DNA of 33,221 nucleotides from the NCBI GenBank assembly GCA_044450345.1, contig JBIOIY010000036.1:1-33221 (forward strand), read 5' to 3'. A program made the position numbers and the translations under genes. The stretch's first letter is position 1. Each line of letters starts with the position of its first letter. Positions 8,404 through 18,026 of this stretch are shown here, piece by piece. Under the pieces are notes generated by a model. That model saw only the letters and a program-made list of their open reading frames with translations, made no database searches and was not told the origin of the DNA. Origin of the DNA: Thermodesulfovibrionales bacterium. GTDB taxonomy: Bacteria > Nitrospirota > Thermodesulfovibrionia > Thermodesulfovibrionales > UBA6898.

Positions 8404-10182
8404 TTGGAACGCACACGCAACGATTGCAGGTCCTCTTCTCTTCTTTTGTTCCCGAATGGGAAGAATGCTGAATCGAGGCTCGTTCGGTTCGCATCTTACC
8501 TCATTATCGTGCTCCTCATAGCGGTCGCCTATGGCGCAAGTCTGCGGAACGGCTTCGTATGGGACGACGAGACATTCATCGTCAATAACAAATACGTCTA
8601 CGACATTTCGCGGTGGAAGGCCTATTTTGCATCACCTGAATCCATTTCAAACGAACCGACCATGTCCCGGATGTACAGGCCGGTGCAGACACTCTCTTTT
8701 GCACTCGACGCACTTTTGTGGGGAAAAAATGCCGGAGGGTTTCATTTCACCTCAATGGTTCTGCATGCCGCGTGCTGTGCCGCGATCGTCTTTGCCTTCC
8801 GGCTTCTCATCGGCATAAGGCCTGCCATTGTATCCGCCCTGATCTTTACCGTTCATCCTGCGCTCTCGGAGGGAGTCCTCAGCCTCTCAGCCAGGGGTAA
8901 TCAGCTGTACACGCTCTTTTCTTTGCTGTCGCTCGGGTATTTTGTGAGAACAGAGCGCCCTTTCGATAAGAATCACCTCCTTTGCTTTACCGCCCTGTCG
9001 ATTGCCCTTTTTTCGAAAGAACCGGCGATTGCACTTGCCGCGTTGTTGCCGCTCGTGCAAATTGGATTCAAACTACCATGGGAAATTCGGTCGAAACGTT
9101 CTCTGTTCCTCTACGTGCCGATGGTGGTGTCGGTGGTATTCTATCTCCTCGTGCGTGCTCACGTTGTCGGGGCGGCGAATGTCTCTCCCTACTGGGGCGG
9201 CTCATTTTGGTCGTCGGCGCTGATGCAGTCAAAGGTCTTTGTCGTCTATCTCTCTCTTCTCGCGTGGCCTTTCAACCTGCAGGGGAGGTACGTGATAACG
9301 TCCCCCGCCCCTTTTCCGGACTTCTCCCTAATCGGGGCACTCAGCCTGAACGTGATCTTAGTCCTTGCAGGCGTAATTGCCTATCGGGCCGGGGGCAGGG
9401 GAAGACTTTTTGCGCTGGCTACTGCGTGGTTTTATCTCTCTCTCGCTCCTGTATCCAATATCATTCCTATCCCGGGTTCCATGATGGGCGAACGATTCAT
9501 CTACTTTACCTTTGCCGGCATAATACCTTTGCTGCTGGTAGCAGCTGTTGGAGGGTCTGTCATCAAAAAACGCAGGGTTGTGATTGCAATCTGCGGCATT
9601 GTCCTGCTTAGTGCCTGGATCGTTACGGATATCACGAGAACTTCTGTTTGGCGGGATAATAAGAGCTTTTTTGTGCTCGCCTCCAAACAGGTGCCTACCA
9701 GTATTGCAGTTCAGGTCAGGATGGCGCAGGAAGAAGTTGCGTCGAAGGACGTAGAGTCGGCTCTGAGACGTTTGCAGGGAATCCTCACCTCAAAATCAGT
9801 ATCTCCGATCGAAAGAGATATGGCGATGGTCCACTATTGGTATGCGAGGGCGTTGCTCGAGGCCGACAGGCCGGCAGAGGCGTATAAGGAATTCAAGATC
9901 AGCACAACTCTGTTCAAGGAGACACCAAAAGAGCTTGTCTTATACCTGGCTGAGGCTGCCACTCGTTCCGGCGACTTCAGCGGCGCCCTTGTGTTGCTGG
10001 AAGAAGAACTGAGGAAAACAGGAGAAGACGACGGCCTATGGAACGGCTTAGGGAATGTCTATCTGACGACGGGGAATCTTCCCTCGGCGATTTCCTGTTA
10101 TCAACAGGCATTAAGAATCAATCCCGGCAATACCAAGGCCGCAACGAATCTTCAGTTCGCCCTCGGGAAGAGGGCCTCCTGA
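8404..10182 (+). CDS. TMTC-like multi-pass glycosyltransferase (GT-C) with C-terminal TPR, paralog 1 (start uncertain)
   Basis: GFVWDD, YRPV, GFH, FTVHP...EGV, ALFSKE, GERFIY, W-x-D, then a TPR (LWNGLGNVYLTTGNLPSAISCYQQALRINP). Confidence 0.88.
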   Translation: MERTRNDCRSSSLLLFPNGKNAESRLVRFASYLIIVLLIAVAYGASLRNGFVWDDETFIVNNKYVYDISRWKAYFASPESISNEPTMSRMYRPVQTLSFALDALLWGKNAGGFHFTSMVLHAACCAAIVFAFRLLIGIRPAIVSALIFTVHPALSEGVLSLSARGNQLYTLFSLLSLGYFVRTERPFDKNHLLCFTALSIALFSKEPAIALAALLPLVQIGFKLPWEIRSKRSLFLYVPMVVSVVFYLLVRAHVVGAANVSPYWGGSFWSSALMQSKVFVVYLSLLAWPFNLQGRYVITSPAPFPDFSLIGALSLNVILVLAGVIAYRAGGRGRLFALATAWFYLSLAPVSNIIPIPGSMMGERFIYFTFAGIIPLLLVAAVGGSVIKKRRVVIAICGIVLLSAWIVTDITRTSVWRDNKSFFVLASKQVPTSIAVQVRMAQEEVASKDVESALRRLQGILTSKSVSPIERDMAMVHYWYARALLEADRPAEAYKEFKISTTLFKETPKELVLYLAEAATRSGDFSGALVLLEEELRKTGEDDGLWNGLGNVYLTTGNLPSAISCYQQALRINPGNTKAATNLQFALGKRAS

Positions 10183-10313
10183 AGGCGCTCTCGCATTGCG
10201 GTGAGATGTGCCCTTTCGTCGGTGCGTCGCCGACACGAACCCTGCGGACAGCTCCTGTATCTCTTCCTCTTACGTTACGGACAGCGGAACTGCCCAAACA
10301 GCCCACTCAACCG

Positions 10314-11498
10314 TTACTGAGCGCAATTTCCGTAAAAGGTCTCATCGTCCGGGTACGTTGCCGGGCCACCGGGGACGTTCGTGTTCACCGTAACCGTGCT
10401 GTCAAGAACAACTTGTATGATATCGGAGATTTCGGGCATATTGATATTCACATTCCCCGTGGTACTCCCGTCATTGTGGATAGTCACCATGGAAGACTGG
10501 TCATAGGAATACCATTTGCCAAAGCATTGCTTGAAAGCCGCACCCGACATGGCAAACAGCGTTAAATCGCCACTGCCCGTGACAGACAGAGCGTTCATAC
10601 TCAAATTGTTCATCGTTGATCTCACGGGAACCGTGAAATTGGGAAAAACGAGCGTACCGTCCGCAGTTCCACTCAGATTGAAGCGGGTATCTGCAGAGCC
10701 CGGTGTAATAACGGTACCGGAGTCAGTAAATGTGATATCTGTCACATAGTTTGAAAATACTCCGGTACAGCGCAAGGAAGGGGAGGAGACAATAACAGAC
10801 GAAGGACCAGAGGGAGGAAACGGAATAAGGGTCAAACTACCGGTGCAGAGCGACCACGGGATGACAGCGCAGTCTGTAACACTGCCAACACTCGAATTAG
10901 TGGCAGCGTTGTAAGTCGTCTCACCGCCTCCTCCATTCTGGCACAAGAAGGGTCCGGTGGATTTGAAGAGGAACGCGTCGTACATTATTTCTGCGATCAT
11001 GTTGAATTCCGCTGCGCTGTAAATGTTCCATGTTGCTGACGCCGCTCCCCGCTGGACATCAGAAGGAGTCAGCGGCGCAATCCGGTTCGTGGAAGCGAGG
11101 TCCACGGTCCCTAACTTCGTTGCCCGATCGTAACTGACAAAGGAACTAAAAAGATGCCCGTTAACTGCCACCGACGGGATGTTCACTCCAATTGTGCTGT
11201 CCCGCCGCGAAGCGCTCGCTTCATCCGAAGGGGTTCCGCAACTCGGCGGAGAATCGAGAGCATTCAATGAGCTAACGGAAAGAACTATGCTGTTTATTGT
11301 TTGTCCCGTCCGTTGCACAAATAATGGTCCGCTGAAATCAAAAGAAGAGGCAGTATCGCCCCACTTATCCACAGGGCCGGTGACCTGGAGGCCCGTCAGA
11401 TCTGCGCCCCATGTGCAGGGTGAGGCATCCGCCGTCCCCGGGAGCGCGGCAAAGATCAATACCAGTGAAAGGCAGCACAACATATATTCTTTTTTCAT
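10314..11498 (-). CDS. Secreted Ser/Thr-rich, Cys-containing beta-rich hypothetical protein
   Basis: Start MKKEYMLCCLSLVLIFAALPGTADA (signal peptide ending ADA) with AGGAGA upstream. The longer ORF-track extension overlaps the opposite gene and is not used. Confidence 0.8.
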   Translation of the reverse strand: MKKEYMLCCLSLVLIFAALPGTADASPCTWGADLTGLQVTGPVDKWGDTASSFDFSGPLFVQRTGQTINSIVLSVSSLNALDSPPSCGTPSDEASASRRDSTIGVNIPSVAVNGHLFSSFVSYDRATKLGTVDLASTNRIAPLTPSDVQRGAASATWNIYSAAEFNMIAEIMYDAFLFKSTGPFLCQNGGGGETTYNAATNSSVGSVTDCAVIPWSLCTGSLTLIPFPPSGPSSVIVSSPSLRCTGVFSNYVTDITFTDSGTVITPGSADTRFNLSGTADGTLVFPNFTVPVRSTMNNLSMNALSVTGSGDLTLFAMSGAAFKQCFGKWYSYDQSSMVTIHNDGSTTGNVNINMPEISDIIQVVLDSTVTVNTNVPGGPATYPDDETFYGNCAQ

Positions 11499-11612
11499 TT
11501 TCTTTCTCCTTCCTGAAAAATGACTGTTGTTTATTATATCATGAACGTATGACAAAAGCGGACATAAATCTCCTCCCATGAAGTACTCTGCCGCGATCTT
11601 CTCCGGTCTGCG

Positions 11613-13312
11613 ATGAAGAAAGAAATCAGGACCAAATACCTTATTGCGTATGCAATCGCATCTATTGCGTTTCTCGTCTACCTCCCGGCGCTCCGGAATG
11701 AGTTCGTGAATTGGGATGACGGCCTCTATGTGTATGAGAATCCGCACATCCAGAGCGCAAGTATGAAGTTGGTGCAATGGGCCTTTTTTTCTTTTCATGC
11801 TGCGAACTGGCACCCCCTCACCTGGTTGTCCCACAGCATGGATTATGTTGTTTGGGGGTTGAATCCTCTGGGACATCATTTAACCAGCAATGTCCTGCAT
11901 TCGCTGAACACCCTGATGGTGGTATTTCTGGTGAAGACGCTTGTGGAAATCTCCCAAAAAAAACCGGGGGATGGAGAATCTTCGGATTTTGTTCCGGATG
12001 GAAACAGGGGACTAATCGTTGGGGGTGTGAGCGGGCTGCTCTTTGGAATTCATCCCCTGCACGTTGAGTCTGTAGCATGGATCGCGGAAAGAAAGGATGT
12101 CTTATGCGCTCTGTTCTTCCTGCTCAGTCTCAGGTCCTATATTTCCTTCGTTATCGGCAGGGCAGATAACCGCTCAAGCCAGGGAGGGACAGTATCACGA
12201 TTTTTGGATACACGGTATCTTTGCGCGTTAGGATGTTTTGCTCTCGCCCTGTTAAGCAAACCTATGGCGGTCACTCTCCCGCTTGTCCTCCTTATTATCG
12301 ACTGGTATCCCTGCGGGAGAATCCAGTCTCCCGGGACATTGAGAGATGCCGTTGTCGAAAAAATTCCATTTTTCATGCTCAGCGTTTTGTCATCCATACT
12401 TACCATTCTTGCCCAGGGTTCAGAAAAAGCGATTGTGCCGTTTCAGGTAAAGCCGCTTACCGCAAGGATAATAATGGGTGCAGATGCCCTCACCTCGTAT
12501 CTGTAGAAGATGCTTTTGCCTGTCCACTTGGTCCCCTTTTATCCCTTCCGGATGATATATCGTTCTTATCCTTAAAATATCTGTTCCACGTTTTATTGGT
12601 CGTCGCAATTACCGCAGCCTGCTTTATGGTGATAAAGAGACAGAAAGTATGGCTGGCGGTATGGAGTTATTATGTCATCACCCTGTTGCCTGTCCTGGGC
12701 ATTATCCAGGTTGGAGGACAGTCAATGGCGGACAGGTATGCCTATCTGCCCAGCATCGGGCCTTTTGCTCTGTTGGGAGTGGGAGCGGCAAAAGCATTTG
12801 AAAAAGTATATAGCGCTCATCCACGGGAACGGACAATGAAATGTGCTTTCTTAATTGTGGGATGCATGGTTGTTCTTCTTCTGTCCTTCAAATCGGTCAG
12901 GCAAATAACCATCTGGAGGAATTCGATCAGTCTGTGGAGTTATGTGATCCAGAAGGAGCCTGACAAAATGACTCCGGCGTATTATAACCTCGGACTCGTC
13001 TATGGCCGAAAAGGGTTGCTTGATATCGCCATAGACAGTTTCAGCAAGGCTATTGATATCAACCCGAAATTTGATATGGCCTATAACAACCGCGGGACCG
13101 CTTACTACCTCAGAGGTCAGTATGACAAGGCATTCGATGACTTTAATGAAGCGATTAACTTAAACCCGAATAACGCCGAAGCATACATTAACCGTGGGTA
13201 TGTGAATTTCAGGAGAGGGGACACCGCATTTGCTGTTTCCGATCTGGAAAGAGGGTGTTATTTGGGGAATGAGCAGGGATGCCGTGCATTGCGGGATATA
13301 CGGAAATACTGA
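11613..13312 (+). pseudogene. TMTC-like GT-C + 3 TPR, paralog 2, disrupted
   Basis: TAG at 12504-12506 where paralog 6 has Trp (YLWKML), then a 1-nt deletion near 12546 (TATCCCT-TCCGGAT vs paralog TATCCCTATCCAAAG). Homology resumes in the 12221..13312 frame. Confidence 0.88.
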
Positions 13313-13505
13313 GCATGAAGGGTAATGCTGACCTCATTCGGGGACGAGATGCCGTCAGCTGTTTTGCGGGGATTGATCAAGGGGAAGATGGGGCCGCAGC
13401 CTTCCCGCTGCTGTTTCCGTAAGCTTCGTTCGGCGTTTGTATTCCTTATTCAGTCGCTCAAATATTTACATGCAGGGAAGGAAAACCGTATGATATATTA
13501 CCCTT

Positions 13506-16361
13506 ATGGATAAGGCGTCAAAGAAAAAGAGCAAGGGTGCCGAATCGGGCCCCCGATGTTCAGGACCTTCACAGAGCGTTGATGTCGGAAGGTTCTTGCA
13601 AAAGCCGCTTATTCATATTCTTCTGATAGCAGTTCTCGGTCTCCTCGCCTACTCCAACACCTTCCATAGTCCTTTCATGTGGGATGAGAAGAGGGAGATC
13701 ATCGAAAACCCTGTCATCAAAGACCTCGGCAACTTCCTGTCCAACACAAAGGGATACGACTACAATCCCCGGCGTTTCATAGGCTATCTGACCTTTGCGC
13801 TGAACTATCACTTCGGGCGGCTCAACGTAACCGGCTATCACGCAGTGAATCTGGTCATCCATATCACGAATGCGCTCCTGGTCTATTTCCTCGTGGTTCT
13901 GACGTTCAGGACGCCATCGATGCGGCAATCGACAGACCCTTCTCCTCCCGCCCCTGTTTTGCTCGCCCTGGTTACAGCGCTTCTCTTTGTTGCGCATCCG
14001 TTGCAGACCCAGGCGGTAACGTATGTGGTGCAGAGGTTCGCTTCGCTCGCGACCCTGTGTTACCTTCTCTCTCTCGTCATGTACATCAAGGGGAGGCTCG
14101 GCCTGGAACACCCAGAGGTATCGGTCAGGAAAGGAGGGTTCTCTGCCCCATTCTCTGCCTTTACCTTCTTTTTCCTGTCATTGGCCTTTGCGGTTTGTGC
14201 GATGAAGACAAAGGAGATCGCCTTCACCCTTCCGCTCGTGATAGTCCTCTATGAGGTCACCTTTTTCAAATCCTCATTGAAAAAGAAACTCCTCTTCCTT
14301 CTGCCGGTCCTGCTGACCCTTATAATCGTTCCCATAAGTATTCTCCACAGTGATAAGCCCCTTGGGGAGATACTGTCCGATGTAAGCGAAAAGACGAAGG
14401 TCCAGACGGATCTCTCACGGTGGGAGTATCTCATGACCGAGATGCGGGTGATTGTGACGTATCTGAGGCTCATCTTTGTGCCGGCAAGGCAGAACCTCGA
14501 TTATGATTATCCGACATACCACACATTGTTCACCCCGCCGGTTTGTCTCTCCTTTGTCTTTCTTCTGGCGGTCTTCTGCACCGCCCTATATCTTCTTTAT
14601 CAAACGAGGCAAAAGGCGACAGGCAAGAGGCAATGGGCAGAGGGAAAGAGTGAAGAGAGTGTATTCGATGAGAGTCCGGCGGATAGTGCCCCTTGCCCTT
14701 TTCCTGTCGCCTCTTTGTATCGTCTCATTGCCTTTGGGATTCTCTGGTTCTTCATCACGCTGTCGGTTGAGTCGAGCGTCATTCCGATTGTTGATGTGAT
14801 CTTCGAGCACCGGGTCTATCTCCCCTCGGTCGGGTTATTCCTTGCGATGACCGCAGGGGCCTTCGTTCTCGCGAACAGGCCAGGGATGGAAAAGGTTGTT
14901 ATCCCTTCGCTTGTTCTGGTGACACTGGTGCTTTCAGGTATTACCTATGCGAGGAATACTGTATGGAAAGACGAGATAAGCCTTTGGCGGGATGTGGTCC
15001 TGAAAAGTTCTGACAAAGCGCGCCCCCACAATAACCTGGGCTATGCCTATTACATGAAGGGACACCTGCATGAGGCGGTAGCGGAATATCAGATTGCGTT
15101 ACGGCTGGACCCCGATTTTGCCGACGCACATAATAACCTGGGAAGTGCCTATTACAGGCAGGGCCGCTTCAATGAGTCAACAGTTGAATTTGAGGCTGCA
15201 GTGAAACTCAACCCGGGAGACGTCAGGGCACATAGCAACCTTGCTGCAGCCTATGGGACAACGGGCCGTATGGACGAAGCGCTCAGGGAATTTCAGGCCG
15301 CCCTCACGCTCAATCCCGACTATGCCGATGCGTATAACAACCTGGGCAGTGTTTATTTCAGGCAAGGCCTCATTGATAAAGCACTCAAGGAATATCAGAC
15401 CGCCCTGAAGCTCAACCCCGATTATGCCGATGCACACAGCAACCTGGGCGGTGTTTATTTCAGGCAGGGCCGCCTGGATGACGCGCTCAGGGAATTTCAG
15501 GCCGCCCTCACGCTCAATGCCGATCTTGCCGATGCACATAACAACCTGGGCAGTGTTTATTTCAGGCAGGGCCTCATTGATAAAGCACTCGGAGAATATC
15601 AGGCCGCCCTCGCGCTCAATCCCGATTATGCAGAAGCACATAACAATCTGGGAAGTGTTTATTCCAGGCAGGGCCACCCCGATGAGGCGCTCAGGGAATA
15701 TCAGACTGCCCTCGCTCTCAAACCCGATTACATCGAAGCAGAGAATAACATCAGACGTCTTTCTCAGGCTGCCCAAAAACACAGCGCCGATGATGCTGAT
15801 GCACACAACGATCGGGGGTCCGTTTATTACGGACAGGGCCTCATAGATGAGGCACTCAGGGAGTATCAGGCAGCCTTGAAGCTTAGACCTGATTACGTCG
15901 AAGCACATAACAACCTGGGCAGTGTCTATAGTAAGCTGGGCCAACCGCAGTTGGCGATCAAGGAATACCAGGCCGCACTGAAACTGAACCCTGATTTTGC
16001 CGACGCGCATAACAACCTCGGCAGGGTATACGGCAAGGGCGGCCGTCTTGATCCGGCGCTCAGGGAATATCAGGCCGCACTCAGACTCAAACCCGACCTT
16101 GCCGATGCGCACGACGGCCTCGGCAATGTCTATAGCCTGAAAGGCCGTCTGGATGAGGCTATTAAAGAATATCAAACCGCGCTAAGACTCAAACCCGATG
16201 ATGCTGATGCACACAACAATCTGGGGACCGTGTATTACCGGCAGGGCCGCATGGATGACGCGCTCAGGGAATTTCAGACGGCCTTGCGGCTCAAACCCAA
16301 TGACCCTGGAGCACGTGGCAACCTGGAACTTCTCTATAAGAACAGAGGAAAACAACATTAG
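13506..16361 (+). CDS. TMTC-like GT-C + 12 TPR, paralog 3
   Basis: PFMWDE, NPRRF, GYHAVN, FVAHPLQTQAVTYVVQR, MKTKE, FEHRVYLPS, then 12 NNLG-type TPRs. Confidence 0.93.
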   Translation: MDKASKKKSKGAESGPRCSGPSQSVDVGRFLQKPLIHILLIAVLGLLAYSNTFHSPFMWDEKREIIENPVIKDLGNFLSNTKGYDYNPRRFIGYLTFALNYHFGRLNVTGYHAVNLVIHITNALLVYFLVVLTFRTPSMRQSTDPSPPAPVLLALVTALLFVAHPLQTQAVTYVVQRFASLATLCYLLSLVMYIKGRLGLEHPEVSVRKGGFSAPFSAFTFFFLSLAFAVCAMKTKEIAFTLPLVIVLYEVTFFKSSLKKKLLFLLPVLLTLIIVPISILHSDKPLGEILSDVSEKTKVQTDLSRWEYLMTEMRVIVTYLRLIFVPARQNLDYDYPTYHTLFTPPVCLSFVFLLAVFCTALYLLYQTRQKATGKRQWAEGKSEESVFDESPADSAPCPFPVASLYRLIAFGILWFFITLSVESSVIPIVDVIFEHRVYLPSVGLFLAMTAGAFVLANRPGMEKVVIPSLVLVTLVLSGITYARNTVWKDEISLWRDVVLKSSDKARPHNNLGYAYYMKGHLHEAVAEYQIALRLDPDFADAHNNLGSAYYRQGRFNESTVEFEAAVKLNPGDVRAHSNLAAAYGTTGRMDEALREFQAALTLNPDYADAYNNLGSVYFRQGLIDKALKEYQTALKLNPDYADAHSNLGGVYFRQGRLDDALREFQAALTLNADLADAHNNLGSVYFRQGLIDKALGEYQAALALNPDYAEAHNNLGSVYSRQGHPDEALREYQTALALKPDYIEAENNIRRLSQAAQKHSADDADAHNDRGSVYYGQGLIDEALREYQAALKLRPDYVEAHNNLGSVYSKLGQPQLAIKEYQAALKLNPDFADAHNNLGRVYGKGGRLDPALREYQAALRLKPDLADAHDGLGNVYSLKGRLDEAIKEYQTALRLKPDDADAHNNLGTVYYRQGRMDDALREFQTALRLKPNDPGARGNLELLYKNRGKQH
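14607..14716. repeat. Inverted heptamer-repeat element inside a CDS
   Basis: AGGCAAA AGGCGAC AGGCAAG AGGCAAT GGGCAGA... followed by the complementary TGCCCCTTGCCCTTTTCCTGTCGCCT. Confidence 0.75.
15020..16330 (+). repeat. Tandem 102-bp TPR-coding repeats including a 204-bp two-unit duplication
   Basis: GCGCTCAGGGAATTTCAGGCCGCCCTCACGCTCAAT and GGCCTCATTGATAAAGCACTC each recur at 204-bp spacing (about 15280 and 15484; 15366 and 15570). Confidence 0.9.
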
Positions 16362-16405
16362 CGGCATGGTGGGGAAGACGTGCGGCTGCACAGGGCGCTG
16401 ATCCT

Positions 16406-17101
16406 ATGAAAATCCTTGTCATCGTCCCCGCGTACAATGAAGAGGGCGCCATCACCGGCGTCGTAGAGGACCTGCGGCACAATTTTGCCGAAGGTGACAT
16501 CCTCGTCGTGAACGACGGCTCTCAGGACAGGACATCGGAAACAGCGAGGGCCCTCGGGGTGAGTGTCATAGACCTCCCGTACAATCTTGGAATCGGCGGC
16601 GCCATGCAGACCGGGTTCATCTATGCCCTCGCGGGGAACTACGATGCGGCAATCCAGTTCGACGGCGACGGTCAGCACCGGGCCGATGAGGTAGAAAAGA
16701 TCTTTAAGGAATTGCGGCTGAAAGGCGTCGACCTTGTTGTGGGCTCACGCTTTCTCTCCGAAGAGGGCTTTGTATCGTCCATGCAAAGGAGGATCGGTTC
16801 GAAAATCCTTTCCCTTGTCGTTTCGACGATCGTAGGGAAGAGAATCACCGACACCACATCGGGCTTCAGGGTGTACAGTAAAAAAACAATTGAATTTTTT
16901 TCCTCCCTTTACCCTGAAGACTATCCCGAGGTCGAAGCCCTTGTCCTGGCCCGCAAAAAGGGGCTGGAGGTTGAGGAGGTCCCTTCAAGGATGAATGCCC
17001 GAACGACCGGGGCGTCATCGATTACGGCGCTCAGGGCTGTCTACTATATGGTCAAGGTGCTTCTCGCAATTTCTGTTGATTTGCTCAAGAGAATCGATTA
17101 G
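16406..17101 (+). CDS. GT2 glycosyltransferase (DPM1-like, DUF2304-linked type)
   Basis: ILVIVPAYNEE, VNDGSQD, NLGIGGAMQTG, QFDGDGQH, VGSRF, TDTTSGFR, YPEDYPE. Confidence 0.93.
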   Translation: MKILVIVPAYNEEGAITGVVEDLRHNFAEGDILVVNDGSQDRTSETARALGVSVIDLPYNLGIGGAMQTGFIYALAGNYDAAIQFDGDGQHRADEVEKIFKELRLKGVDLVVGSRFLSEEGFVSSMQRRIGSKILSLVVSTIVGKRITDTTSGFRVYSKKTIEFFSSLYPEDYPEVEALVLARKKGLEVEEVPSRMNARTTGASSITALRAVYYMVKVLLAISVDLLKRID

Positions 17102-17115
17102 GAGAAGAATCCGGA

Positions 17116-17280
17116 ATGGATATCATCCAGATCATATCGGTTGCTGTCAGCGGGTCCATTTTCTTTGTGGTTTTTGAGCTGATACGGCGCAACCATCTCA
17201 AAGAACGCTACAGTCTTGTCTGGCTCGCGGCGATGCCTTTTCTTGCTATGCCTTTTCAGGGATTGCGCGGGAATGTCTGA
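17116..17280 (+). pseudogene. Truncated DUF2304-family membrane protein
   Basis: MDIIQIISVAVSGSIFFVVFELIRRNHLKERYSLVWLAA matches the DUF2304 N-terminus that usually follows this GT2 type. It then runs into a 10-bp direct repeat and stops at 54 aa. Confidence 0.75.
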
Positions 17281-17971
17281 AGAACAAAAGGGAGAAGGGG
17301 TAAAAGGATCAAGAACGACGCGCATTTTTCCTGTGCTCATCATCGCCCTTGTATCCTTCGTCGTCTATGCCAACGCCTTTTTCTGCGGCTTTATCCTTGA
17401 CGACTACTCACAGGTCCTGAAGAATCCCATCATTCAGGACTTAAGGAACATACCCGAAATATTTCTCAGGAGCGCCTGGACATTCGAGGGGGCCCCTCCG
17501 ACGTCGAACTATTACCGGCCCATGTTGAATCTGCTTTATATGTTCACCTATTGCCTCATCGGGCCGGAGGCATGGGGGTTCCATCTCGTGAAGCAGTGCC
17601 GGGTCGCGACAATGCTCAATCCCGGCCGCCCTGAAATCCATGAGGACCTCGGGCGTGCCCTTGCCAGAGCGGGGTTCAGGGACTTGGCGGTCGGCGAGCT
17701 CGAGGCCGCGGTCGCGCTGCGGCCGGGCGCGTCTCTTTATAACCTCCAGGGAGTGATCTATGCGCAGATGGGACAAATGGAAAAGGCGGTCCGGAATTTC
17801 CGGCGCGCCAGTGATCTCGAACCGGCGCGTGAAGACTATCGCCATAATCTTGCTGCAGCCGCAGACCTGGATAGCTCATTGCGTAATAAGGGCGGGCAGG
17901 GAACTGACTATCGCTGGGAATACGACGAAAGGTCCCTGACGAAGGAAGAGATGTTCAGTTTTGTATGGTGA
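17273..17971 (+). CDS. TMTC-like protein with large in-frame internal deletion, paralog 4 (possibly a pseudogene)
   Basis: TM1, GFILDD, YYRPM, WGFHLV, then jumps straight into TPRs (KQCRVATMLNP...SLYNLQGVIYAQMG). All later TM helices seen in paralogs are absent. Confidence 0.75.
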   Translation: MSEEQKGEGVKGSRTTRIFPVLIIALVSFVVYANAFFCGFILDDYSQVLKNPIIQDLRNIPEIFLRSAWTFEGAPPTSNYYRPMLNLLYMFTYCLIGPEAWGFHLVKQCRVATMLNPGRPEIHEDLGRALARAGFRDLAVGELEAAVALRPGASLYNLQGVIYAQMGQMEKAVRNFRRASDLEPAREDYRHNLAAAADLDSSLRNKGGQGTDYRWEYDERSLTKEEMFSFVW

Positions 17972-18026
17972 CAGGATCCGCTGTGTCCGACTTTCAGAGG
18001 GCCTGCGATTTAGGGGACGAGAAAGG

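Noticed and set aside
11499..11879. N-terminal extension of the 521-aa minus-strand ORF
   Set aside because: Overlaps paralog 2 in antisense; the RBS and signal peptide fit ATG 11498.
15177..16175. 332-aa minus-strand ORF with repeats
   Set aside because: Antisense shadow of the TPR array with no independent motifs.
15020..16330. CRISPR array or diversity-generating retroelement in the repeated DNA
   Set aside because: The repeats are in-frame 102-bp TPR units with no unique spacers, and there is no cas or reverse transcriptase gene in the window.
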